Shown here one piece after another: positions 25,965-34,557 of a stretch of 51,898 nucleotides of DNA (positions are counted from its first letter, which is position 1; each line of letters starts with the position of its first letter). Where the stretch lies: positions 1-51,898 of the forward strand of contig JBDRCH010000003.1 of assembly GCA_043821945.1 (NCBI GenBank), given 5' to 3'. The notes beneath the pieces were generated by a model. It had not been told where the DNA came from. It did no database searches and saw only the letters and a program-made list of their open reading frames with translations. This DNA comes from an archaeon. GTDB lineage: Archaea > Nanobdellota > Nanobdellia > Pacearchaeales > GW2011-AR1. Position numbers and translations under genes: made by a program.

Positions 25965-26927
25965 TTATGTTTCTAGTTTTTCTATTTTATCAAGCTTTTT
26001 TATAGCTTCTATTAGATTGTTTAATTTTTTTAAAGGTTCCCCTAAACTTAAGATTATATAAGAAAGGTTTGAATCTGAAGCTATTTTATTTGCTTTGATG
26101 AGGTCTTCTTCATTCACTCTTTTTTTGTTGTATGCTATTAGTAGCTCTTCTTTTTCTTGAACTTTGACTTTTAAAACTAGATCATCTTTATTGAAATTTT
26201 CAATATCAATTATTTCTATTTGTTTTTTTAAAAGGAATTCTTTTACTTTATTAAAAAATTTGTCATTTTTCTTTTGAGGAGCTGTTTTTTTCTTAATTCT
26301 TTTTGTTTTTTTTGGCTTTTCAAATATTTTTAATTCTTTTGGCTTTTCTTTTTTAGTGTTTCCTGGCGTAACTGGTTGTTTTGTGTCTGGTTCTAAAATC
26401 TCTTGTGGATTGTCTGCCAATTTTTCAATTATGGTATTTGGAATATGTTCTATTTGGGATGTTGTTTCTTCTTTAATTTGTTCCTCTTTTTTTGGAATTT
26501 CTTTTTCTTGAAATTCTGATTCTTGAATTTTAAAATATCTCCAAATAAGTCTATTGTCTCTTTCAAAAGAAATTGCAAAATCTTTTATTGCTCTTAATGC
26601 AACTCTTATTGCAGGATCTTGTTCATTATCTTTTAGAAATTTTTTGTCTTTTAGCAAGATAAATGCATCTTTTTCTTTGCTCTTTAGATGGTGTGCAAAT
26701 TTTTCTAGTTGGTATTTTTGTTCGGGTATAAAATAAATTGGTGAAGATCCAACTTTCATGCTACTTGTTGTTACTTTTCTTTCAGAGATTAATTCAGATA
26801 AGAACGCAGATGCAAAGAGAATACTTAATCCTGTTTCTCCTGCAATATGAACTGGAAGACTCGGACCCCTCCTTCTTAAGATTGAGAGTATTCTTTCCTT
26901 TGTTTGTAGAGTGTCTTGAGTAGGCAT
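25965..26927 (-). CDS. Hypothetical protein with an N-terminal winged-helix-like domain
   Basis: ILSILRRRGPSLP.HIA…ASAFLSEL pattern. ATG at 26927 avoids overlap with endA. Confidence 0.7.
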   Translation of the reverse strand: MPTQDTLQTKERILSILRRRGPSLPVHIAGETGLSILFASAFLSELISERKVTTSSMKVGSSPIYFIPEQKYQLEKFAHHLKSKEKDAFILLKDKKFLKDNEQDPAIRVALRAIKDFAISFERDNRLIWRYFKIQESEFQEKEIPKKEEQIKEETTSQIEHIPNTIIEKLADNPQEILEPDTKQPVTPGNTKKEKPKELKIFEKPKKTKRIKKKTAPQKKNDKFFNKVKEFLLKKQIEIIDIENFNKDDLVLKVKVQEKEELLIAYNKKRVNEEDLIKANKIASDSNLSYIILSLGEPLKKLNNLIEAIKKLDKIEKLET

Positions 26928-26970
26928 AGTTGGAAAAGAAATAAGATAGTTATAAATATTATGGGTTTTG

Positions 26971-27489
26971 TTAAGGTCTAATCCATTTAACTTCATAATA
27001 AGTTATATCTCCTTCTTCGTCAACAATTGCTAAAAGAAGGTTCTTTTTTGTTGAATGAGCTACTCTATTTTTTGCTGAGAATTCATGCCATGTTAGTTTT
27101 TTTGATTCATGATCTGTGAATACAATCCATTTTGCGTGTTTTTTTCCAGGTCTTGAGCCTTTGTCATAAACTCTGAATTCAGCCCCGAATTTAAGAGCTG
27201 TTTTTACAATATATCCTCTTTCTCTTAAATTCTTAAATACTACGTATTTGATTTGAATTTTTTTATCAATTCTATTGAGTTTTTTGATTAAATCTGTTTT
27301 TGAGAGTTTTTTTGATTTTGAATTTAATTCCATTTTATTTTTCTCAATCAGGAAAAGTGTTTCTGGAAGGGAATATTGAATTTTTTCTCCAACTGGTTTT
27401 CCAAAACAGCTTTTCTTATAAAGAGCATGAGCTTCAGAAGTGTTGCTAGAAATTATTTCTCCTGTAAGATATGCTTGAATTTTTTCCAT
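26971..27489 (-). CDS. endA: tRNA-intron (splicing) endonuclease
   Basis: LR.RGY.VKTALKFGA.FRVY, H, and RVAHSTKK catalytic motifs. Confidence 0.93.
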   Translation of the reverse strand: MEKIQAYLTGEIISSNTSEAHALYKKSCFGKPVGEKIQYSLPETLFLIEKNKMELNSKSKKLSKTDLIKKLNRIDKKIQIKYVVFKNLRERGYIVKTALKFGAEFRVYDKGSRPGKKHAKWIVFTDHESKKLTWHEFSAKNRVAHSTKKNLLLAIVDEEGDITYYEVKWIRP

Positions 27490-27539
27490 ATATTGAGTAG
27501 CAAAGAAGATTATTTAAATATTGTGAGGGGAGTTATTTA

Positions 27540-28088
27540 ATGAATTGTATAATTGTTCATGGACTTAATATTGTAAAAGGATTTAACCAAAATGAACTAG
27601 ATTGGATTCCTTGGATTAAAAAAGAATTAGAAAAAAGAGAAATTGATTGTGATACTCCTTTAATGCCTAGAAGTTGGAATCCTAATTATGATGAATGGAA
27701 GGAAGAGTTTGAAAAATTAGATATTGGTGAAAATAGCATCTTAATCGGGCATAGTGCGGGAGGTGCTTTTTTAGTTCGTTGGCTTGGGGAAACAAAACAG
27801 AGAATTAAAAAATTGATTTTAGTTGCACCTGCAAAAGTAATAGATGATTTTAATGGTCGTTTGGAGATTTTTTATGATTTTAATGTTGATGATTCAATTA
27901 AGAATAGAGTTGGGGAAATTGTTATTTTTTTTTCAGATACTGAAAGAAAAGGAATCAAGGAAGCTGTTAAATTATATTCGCATATGTTTGAAATAGTTCC
28001 AATTGAATTGAAAAATAAAGGGCATTTTATTGAGAATCACATGGGAACAAAGGAATTTCCTGAATTGTTGAATGAAATTTTTAAGTAG
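27540..28088 (+). CDS. RBBP9/YdeN-family alpha/beta hydrolase
   Basis: IVHG, W.PW, GHSAGG, LVAP and GHF motifs. Confidence 0.88.
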   Translation: MNCIIVHGLNIVKGFNQNELDWIPWIKKELEKREIDCDTPLMPRSWNPNYDEWKEEFEKLDIGENSILIGHSAGGAFLVRWLGETKQRIKKLILVAPAKVIDDFNGRLEIFYDFNVDDSIKNRVGEIVIFFSDTERKGIKEAVKLYSHMFEIVPIELKNKGHFIENHMGTKEFPELLNEIFK

Positions 28089-28123
28089 GAAAATTTAAAA
28101 ACTTTATCTTTGTAAAAGAATTC

Positions 28124-28183
28124 ATGAAACTAACACAAAGTTTGTTTGTCTTTATTTTATTGTTAGTCTTGACTCTCATTTAG
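28124..28183 (+). other. 19-aa Leu-rich short ORF with overlapping hairpins
   Basis: MKLTQSLFVFILLLVLTLI*; TATA-like tttaaaaa about 30 bp upstream; hairpins at 28170-28188 and 28185-28217. Confidence 0.35.
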
Positions 28184-28268
28184 AGTCATTAATTAAATTC
28201 TTCTTTAATTAAATGACATATATTATTTATTCTAATAGAATTCTTAAAGGGGGTTTTTTGTAGTTGCG

Positions 28269-28559
28269 ATGATTGTCGATTATGCTCGTAAGTTTCCTTT
28301 TAAAAATAATGGATCATATCAAAGTGATTTATCTTTAAAGTGTAAAGAAGGGGAGAGTGATATTACTATTTTTGGAAGTCAGCCTATTTATCCTACCGAG
28401 AATAATGATGGATTTGAATTAGATGATAATTACACTGCAAGGATTATGTGTTATCTTCCTTTTGAATATAATGAAATAATTATTCATAATGGAATGAGTG
28501 TAGAAGGTCCTTTTGGTAAAAGAATTAAATCATTATTGGATAATTTGAAAAATGAGTAA
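28269..28559 (+). CDS. Hypothetical protein
   Basis: 96-aa ORF with ATG start; no recognisable motif. Confidence 0.55.
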   Translation: MIVDYARKFPFKNNGSYQSDLSLKCKEGESDITIFGSQPIYPTENNDGFELDDNYTARIMCYLPFEYNEIIIHNGMSVEGPFGKRIKSLLDNLKNE

Positions 28560-28579
28560 GTAGTTTTTGAGGAGATATT

Positions 28580-28864
28580 TTGAAGATGTCAAAATGCAAA
28601 AAGCGAAATAATAGAAATGGTAAGATCATAGCGTCTGCTAGAAATTATCTTGAAATACCTACAAAACCTTATATTTCTTTAGCATACAAAAATGGGGTGT
28701 ATGTTCCTGATGGAGCATGTAAAAGTTTTAATGATTTGAAGCCTTTTATAGATAGAAGTTCTTTTGAAGGTATAACTCCTTTAGCAAGAAAGAATCTTAT
28801 TAGGGAAATAATGCCAAGACCTCTTTATAATAAAATTAAAAAATTAGAGGTTATTGATATATAA
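28580..28864 (+). CDS. Hypothetical protein
   Basis: GAGGAG RBS; start at 28580 or 28586; no recognisable motif. Confidence 0.55.
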   Translation: MKMSKCKKRNNRNGKIIASARNYLEIPTKPYISLAYKNGVYVPDGACKSFNDLKPFIDRSSFEGITPLARKNLIREIMPRPLYNKIKKLEVIDI

Positions 28865-28899
28865 GAATAATTTAAAAGTATTGTTTAATTAATTTTAGA

Positions 28900-31332
28900 A
28901 TGAAACAAATCAACTTTAAAAAAATAGAAAAGAAATGGCAGAAAAAGTGGGAGCAGGAGAAGGTTTTTGAAGTAGAGGTAGATAAGAAGAGAAAAAAGTT
29001 TTATTGTCTTGAAATGTATCCTTATCCTTCTGGAGAGGGTTTACATATTGGTCATGGTTTGAATTATACTGTTGGAGATATTTTTGCGCGTTTTAAGAGG
29101 ATGAATGGATTTAATATTCTTTATCCCATGGGGTATGATAGCTTTGGTCTGCCTGCTGAAAACGCGGCTATAAAAGTTGGAATTCATCCTAAAAAATATA
29201 CTCTGAAAAGTATTGCTAATTTTGTTAAACAACAGAAAATTTTGGGGCTTAGTTATGATTGGTCTAAGATGTTGAGTTCTTGTGAAGTTGGTTATTATAA
29301 ATGGAATCAAATGTTCTTTTTGAAATTTTTAGAAAAAGGACTTGCATATAGAAAAAAAGCTCCTGTGAATTGGTGTCCTAAGTGTAATACTGTTCTTGCA
29401 AATGAACAGGTCCATCAAGGGAAGTGTGAGTATCATGGAGATGTTGATGTTGAAATAAAACATTTAGAGCAATGGTTTTTTAAAACAACAGAATATGCTG
29501 ATGAATTGTTGAAATGTATTGATGATTTGGAATGGCCTGAAAGAATTAAGTCAATGCAGAGAAATTGGATTGGTAAGAGTCATGGGACTGAGATTTTGTT
29601 TGGGGTTGAAGGAGAGAATTGGCCTGTGTTTACAACTCGTCCTGATACAATTTATGGTGTGACTTTTATGGTTATTGCTGCTCAACATTCTGATTTAATG
29701 AGTTTAGTCACAAAAGAGCAGAAAAAAGAAGTTGAGAAATTTTTGAAAAAGTTAAAATCTGTTTCAGAGAAAGAGTTAGAAGAGATGGATAAAGAAGGAG
29801 TTTTTACAGGCTCATATGCAATTAATCCTGTAACTAAAGATAAGATTCCTATTTGGGCTGGAAATTTTGTTATTGCAGATTATGGTTCTGGAATGGTAAT
29901 GGCTGTTCCTGCTCATGATCAGAGAGATTTTGATTTTGCTAAGAAATATAATATTCCTATTAAAGTTGTGATTAATCCTGAGACTTCTGAATTGAATGCA
30001 GAAAAAATGTCAAGACCTTATGTTGGAGAAGGCAATCTAATTAATTCTGGAGAGTTTGATTCATTGAATAATAAAAATGCAATGGATGAAATTACAAAAT
30101 TTTTAGAGAAAAAGAAATTAGGTAAAAAGACAGTGCAGTATAAGTTGCGTGATTGGTTGATTTCTCGTCAGAGGTATTGGGGAACTCCGATTCCTATTAT
30201 CTATTGTGATAAATGTGGAGTTGTTCCTGTTCCTGAAAAAGATTTTCCTGTTGAATTACCTATGAATGTCAAATTTGGGAAAGGTAATCCTCTTGAGAGT
30301 GCAAAAAATTGGATAAGTGCCAAATGTCCTAAGTGTAATTCAAAAGCCAGAAGAGAAACTGATACAATGGATACTTTTGTTGATTCTTCTTGGTATTACA
30401 TGAGATATCCTGACAATAAAAATGAAAAAAAACCTTTTGATAGTAAAGTTGAAAATTATTGGTTGCCTGTTAATGTTTATATTGGTGGTGCAGAACATGC
30501 AACAATGCATCTAATTTATGCAAGATTTTGGACAAAAGCTTTGAGAGATATGGGGTATATTAATTTTGATGAACCATTCAAGCGATTATTTAATCAAGGG
30601 ATGCTTCATGCAAGTGATGGAAGAAAAATGTCTAAATCTCTTGGGAATGTTATTAATCCTATTAATGTTGTTAATGAATATGGTGCAGATCCATTGAGAC
30701 TTGCACTTGTGAGTTTTGCTTCTCCTGATTCAGATACTCATTGGGACGAGAAAGTTCTTATTGGGAGTTTAAAATTTTTGAATAAAGTCTTTGATAAATT
30801 TGAGAATATTAAAATAGGAAAATCTTCTGCAAAAATAGAAAGTAAGTTGAATAATTCAATTAAAGAGATAACGCATCAGATTGAAAATTTCAAGTATAAT
30901 CTTGCAGTGATTAAAATTCGTGATTTATTTAATTCTCTAAGTAATGAAGAGAGTAAAAAGGTTTTAGAAAAAAGTTTGAAGTTGTTGTCTCCTTTTTGTC
31001 CTCATGTTGCCGAAGAATTGTGGGCGAGAATTGGAGGGGATGGGTTTATTAGTTTAGCAAAATGGCCTGAGGTTGATGAAGAAAAAATTAATAAGAAATT
31101 TGAAGAACAAGAGCAAGCTGTTGAGAAATTAGTTGGTGATATTAATCAGATTAAGAGAATCACTGGAAAAGAAAAAGCAAAAGTTTATGTTTATGTTCTG
31201 CCGAATGAAATAGAGATTTATAAAAGTATAGAAGGAATTAATTTATTTGCAGTTAATGACAAAGAGAAATATGATCCTGAAAATAAGAGTAAGAAGGTTA
31301 AGCCAGGAAGACCAGGGATATATTTAGAGTAG
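28900..31332 (+). CDS. leuS: Leucine--tRNA ligase (bacterial-type core)
   Basis: MYPYPSG.GLHIGH, FTTRPDT, LRDWLISRQRYWG, KMSKS. Confidence 0.96.
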   Translation: MKQINFKKIEKKWQKKWEQEKVFEVEVDKKRKKFYCLEMYPYPSGEGLHIGHGLNYTVGDIFARFKRMNGFNILYPMGYDSFGLPAENAAIKVGIHPKKYTLKSIANFVKQQKILGLSYDWSKMLSSCEVGYYKWNQMFFLKFLEKGLAYRKKAPVNWCPKCNTVLANEQVHQGKCEYHGDVDVEIKHLEQWFFKTTEYADELLKCIDDLEWPERIKSMQRNWIGKSHGTEILFGVEGENWPVFTTRPDTIYGVTFMVIAAQHSDLMSLVTKEQKKEVEKFLKKLKSVSEKELEEMDKEGVFTGSYAINPVTKDKIPIWAGNFVIADYGSGMVMAVPAHDQRDFDFAKKYNIPIKVVINPETSELNAEKMSRPYVGEGNLINSGEFDSLNNKNAMDEITKFLEKKKLGKKTVQYKLRDWLISRQRYWGTPIPIIYCDKCGVVPVPEKDFPVELPMNVKFGKGNPLESAKNWISAKCPKCNSKARRETDTMDTFVDSSWYYMRYPDNKNEKKPFDSKVENYWLPVNVYIGGAEHATMHLIYARFWTKALRDMGYINFDEPFKRLFNQGMLHASDGRKMSKSLGNVINPINVVNEYGADPLRLALVSFASPDSDTHWDEKVLIGSLKFLNKVFDKFENIKIGKSSAKIESKLNNSIKEITHQIENFKYNLAVIKIRDLFNSLSNEESKKVLEKSLKLLSPFCPHVAEELWARIGGDGFISLAKWPEVDEEKINKKFEEQEQAVEKLVGDINQIKRITGKEKAKVYVYVLPNEIEIYKSIEGINLFAVNDKEKYDPENKSKKVKPGRPGIYLE

Positions 31333-31583
31333 AACATAAATCTTTAAGAATAAGGAATTTTAATTATATTTAATTCAAATGGGATTAAAAAAATTTGTTA
31401 AGGGTCTTTGCGATAGTTTTTCTAATGAAAAAAATGAAAATAAAGGGGGATGTGATCTTTTGAATAAATGTAGTATTTATGGTGAAAAATCTTCTAATTT
31501 TCAATGGAAGTATTGTCTTGGAGAAAAATATCCTGAATGTGATGAGAGAAAAAAGATATGGATTATAGAACATAAATCTTTAA
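31330..31583 (+). repeat. 18-bp direct repeat tagaacataaatctttaa (31330-31347 and 31566-31583)
   Basis: Exact match; each copy precedes one of two small paralogous ORFs. Confidence 0.8.
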
Positions 31584-31600
31584 AAATTAAATATAATTAA
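31379..31600 (+). CDS. Small Cys-containing protein (paralog of 31608..31814)
   Basis: GCD…KC…N…KYC..E….C pattern. Confidence 0.6.
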   Translation: MGLKKFVKGLCDSFSNEKNENKGGCDLLNKCSIYGEKSSNFQWKYCLGEKYPECDERKKIWIIEHKSLKIKYN

Positions 31601-31607
31601 TATAACT

Positions 31608-31814
31608 ATGAGTGGTTCATTGAATAAAACTGTTTCTGAAACCCAAGAAAAAGGTTGTGATAAAAAAAGATGTTTCAAAAGAGATTATACAAATCCAAAT
31701 TTGAGGAAAAAATTTTGTTATTCTGAAAGAGCTCAAAGTTGTTTGTATAATAGGAAAGATTGTGAGCTTGGAATGTTTTATACTCCTGATGGTGGACAGC
31801 ATTATTTTAGCTAA
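31608..31814 (+). CDS. Small Cys-containing protein
   Basis: GCD…RC…N…KFC..E….C pattern. Confidence 0.6.
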   Translation: MSGSLNKTVSETQEKGCDKKRCFKRDYTNPNLRKKFCYSERAQSCLYNRKDCELGMFYTPDGGQHYFS

Positions 31815-31855
31815 ACTTTAGATAGTTTTTTATAATTAATATTCTATTTTATTAA

Positions 31856-32899
31856 ATGAGTGATGAAGAGAGTGATTTTAATCTGAAGGTTGTATCAGTT
31901 GGATTAATTATTTTTGTTGGTTTAATGATTTTTCTATTTGGGATAATCTTTGTGCAAGAGGATAAAGAAAATACTTCTTTTTGTGGTGATGGAACTTCTT
32001 ATGGAAATTGCTCATTGAATAAGCCTTATTTTTGTGATAATGGATTTTTGGTTGAAAGAGCAAGTGTTTGTGGTTGTTCAAATATTTTGGATATAAAAGA
32101 TGATTTATGTGTTTCAGAGTATTATATTTTTCCTAAGAATTTGAATCTGAGATATTTTTTGAGGGGGGAGGAGAATTCAATTAATTTTGTTGTTTATGAG
32201 GGGCTTGCTGATTATATTTCTGAACTTCCAAGATCAATTAATTATGAAGGATCTGAGATTCCTCTGAGAAGTGATTTTAAAATTAGGAATATAAATGAGG
32301 AAAACCAGAGAGGGGCGCTTTTGCCCTTGGTGGTTCAAATACAGAATATTGCAAATGATAAAGAAGATCAAGTGAGGATTGCTGTAAGTATTGTACAGAA
32401 TATTCCATTTGGAGGTTCTGATAAGATTGTTGGTTTTGGAAGTAATCTTGGAGTAAATTATTCAAGATATCCTTATGAAGTTTTGTATGAAATGCAAGGG
32501 GTTTGTGGAGAAAAATCAGAACTGCTGGCTTTTTTGCTGAGAGAACTTGGTTATGAGGTTGTTATTTTTTATTATAATGAAGAAAATCATGAAGCTGTTG
32601 GTGTAAGGTGTCCATTGGAAAATAGTGTTTTGAATACTGAATATTGTTTTATTGAAACTTCTGGGATTTCTATAATTAGTGATGATGAACTTGAATATGC
32701 CGAAGAGATTAGACTTTATTCAGAACCTGAAATTATTTTTATCTCAGAGGGAGATTCTTTAGGATATGATTTATATGAATATAAAGATGCTGAATATTTG
32801 ATTAGGATACGAGATAAAGGGGTTATTAATTATTTTGACAAATATAAATTAAGAAAACTTCAAGAAAAATATGCTTTGGATGAGAGTTATAATATTTGA
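31856..32899 (+). CDS. Membrane-anchored transglutaminase-like protein
   Basis: N-terminal TM helix and Cys-rich segment; RYPYEVL…GVC.EKS.LLA.LL, H.AVG and Y.FIET motifs. Confidence 0.8.
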   Translation: MSDEESDFNLKVVSVGLIIFVGLMIFLFGIIFVQEDKENTSFCGDGTSYGNCSLNKPYFCDNGFLVERASVCGCSNILDIKDDLCVSEYYIFPKNLNLRYFLRGEENSINFVVYEGLADYISELPRSINYEGSEIPLRSDFKIRNINEENQRGALLPLVVQIQNIANDKEDQVRIAVSIVQNIPFGGSDKIVGFGSNLGVNYSRYPYEVLYEMQGVCGEKSELLAFLLRELGYEVVIFYYNEENHEAVGVRCPLENSVLNTEYCFIETSGISIISDDELEYAEEIRLYSEPEIIFISEGDSLGYDLYEYKDAEYLIRIRDKGVINYFDKYKLRKLQEKYALDESYNI

Positions 32900-32978
32900 T
32901 TCTGAAAAGTATTTCTTAAATATAACAAAAAAATATTGCTTCCTTACTTCATTGATTGAAATTGAGATAAATTATCTT

Positions 32979-33122
32979 TTAATTGTCATGTTTCTTAACA
33001 GTAAATCCGCATTCTGTGCATTTCCATTTTTCAAAAACATCTTCTTTGTATGAAAAAGGAACTAGATAACCTTTTTCGCATTTTTGACATTTTGGGAATA
33101 TACATGCTTTGTTTTCTTCCAT
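32979..33122 (-). CDS. Small zinc-ribbon protein
   Basis: CQKC.KG.L.P…W.C.ECG. ATG at 33122 preferred. Confidence 0.7.
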   Translation of the reverse strand: MEENKACIFPKCQKCEKGYLVPFSYKEDVFEKWKCTECGFTVKKHDN

Positions 33123-33268
33123 TTTTTCGCCACATCTCCTAATATTAAAAGGAGAATTATTCAATTAGAATAAAAAAGAGAGGGATGTTTTTAAGATTTA
33201 TTGTTCATGAGATTGTTAGGAATTAGGGAGTTATCATAAAAATTTTTAGTTAAATATTTAAAAGAAAT

Positions 33269-34249
33269 TTGTATATTTCTATTATGAAAAAGAGTGTTAT
33301 TTTTGGAATTGGAGTTGTTGTGTTAATTATTATTGGTTCCCTTGTTTTTTTAAAAATAGGTTCTGATGTAAGAAGTAGTGATACCGATGATTTTGATGGA
33401 TTTTCTAAGTCCTTATTTTTGGAAGATAAGTTCTGTGAGTTTAGTGCTGAAGTATATTGTGCATCTTATAAATTTTCAGAAAATGAAGAAGCAAATGAAG
33501 AAGAATTTGATGAGGAGATTCTTGATTTAATAGATAAGTATGATTATACTCAAGATGAAGCCTATGAATTAATTGAAGATTATACATATGATATTGAATT
33601 TCAAAAATCTGTGTTAGAGAAGGTGAAGAAGTTATGTCCTGAAGCAGTATCTAGTTTTGAAAATAATATTGAACAGCTTGAGCAAGACATGGGTAGTGGC
33701 AGTCAAGAATCGTATCAAGGATCAAGTGGTAATTGTCTGGAAGAAGCTATGACTTATAGAACCTTCAATGGAACAAGAGATGCACCCTGTTGTGGAGACT
33801 TAGATAAAAGATACCTTGATAATAGAATGTCAATTGGAAATGATGGCAAGCTAGTTTGCACTTTAAGTAGTACTGATGTTATTTTGTGTATTGATTGTGG
33901 TAATGGTATATGTGGATATGGAGAAAGTCCTTGTCAATGTCCTGAAGATTGTGGATGGTGTGGCGATAGCATATGTGACTCAACTAGTTTGGAAGATTAT
34001 AATAGTTGTCCTGAAGATTGTGAGAACGATTATAGAGACGATTGTATAATGAACGGTCATCGAGGAGGTTCATACTATGTTCAGGGGTTAGATTGTTGTG
34101 AGGGTTTAGAAAAAAAGCCAGCTTATGATAGGAGTATGATTAGTTGCGAGGTTTCACCTATTAAAAATATATTTACTTGTATAGATTGTAATGATGTTGT
34201 ATGTGGAAAACCTATCAATAAATGTCTCTGTCCTGAAGAGTGTTCATAA
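33269..34249 (+). CDS. Membrane-anchored acidic Cys-rich surface protein
   Basis: N-terminal TM helix; CG.GIC…E….CPEDC repeats. Start is probably the ATG at 33284. Confidence 0.75.
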   Translation: MYISIMKKSVIFGIGVVVLIIIGSLVFLKIGSDVRSSDTDDFDGFSKSLFLEDKFCEFSAEVYCASYKFSENEEANEEEFDEEILDLIDKYDYTQDEAYELIEDYTYDIEFQKSVLEKVKKLCPEAVSSFENNIEQLEQDMGSGSQESYQGSSGNCLEEAMTYRTFNGTRDAPCCGDLDKRYLDNRMSIGNDGKLVCTLSSTDVILCIDCGNGICGYGESPCQCPEDCGWCGDSICDSTSLEDYNSCPEDCENDYRDDCIMNGHRGGSYYVQGLDCCEGLEKKPAYDRSMISCEVSPIKNIFTCIDCNDVVCGKPINKCLCPEECS

Positions 34250-34332
34250 ACCTAAACAAAATAATTTTTCTAATGAATTTTGATAAGAAAACAAAAGAGA
34301 AGTTTAAAGATTGTTTGATTAAAAAAGATAAT

Positions 34333-34515
34333 TTACCATATTTTTAAATTTTTGATAAAAAGTTTTTTTTCAAGAAAGCGTTCTTGCCATTCCTTAAGGA
34401 ATATTTCTGGTATCTTATTATACTCTCTAAGCCCGTATTGTTTGTGGATCATTAAACCTAAATCACTTCTAGTATCGCAATAGTCTCTTTTTTTAAATCT
34501 CCTTCTTGTATGCAT
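34333..34515 (-). CDS. Small hypothetical protein
   Basis: 60-aa ORF downstream of alaS; no motif. Confidence 0.35.
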   Translation of the reverse strand: MHTRRRFKKRDYCDTRSDLGLMIHKQYGLREYNKIPEIFLKEWQERFLEKKLFIKNLKIW

Positions 34516-34557
34516 TCCTTAATCTTTTAAGTTAATGCTTCCTTGTTTAACATTTGT

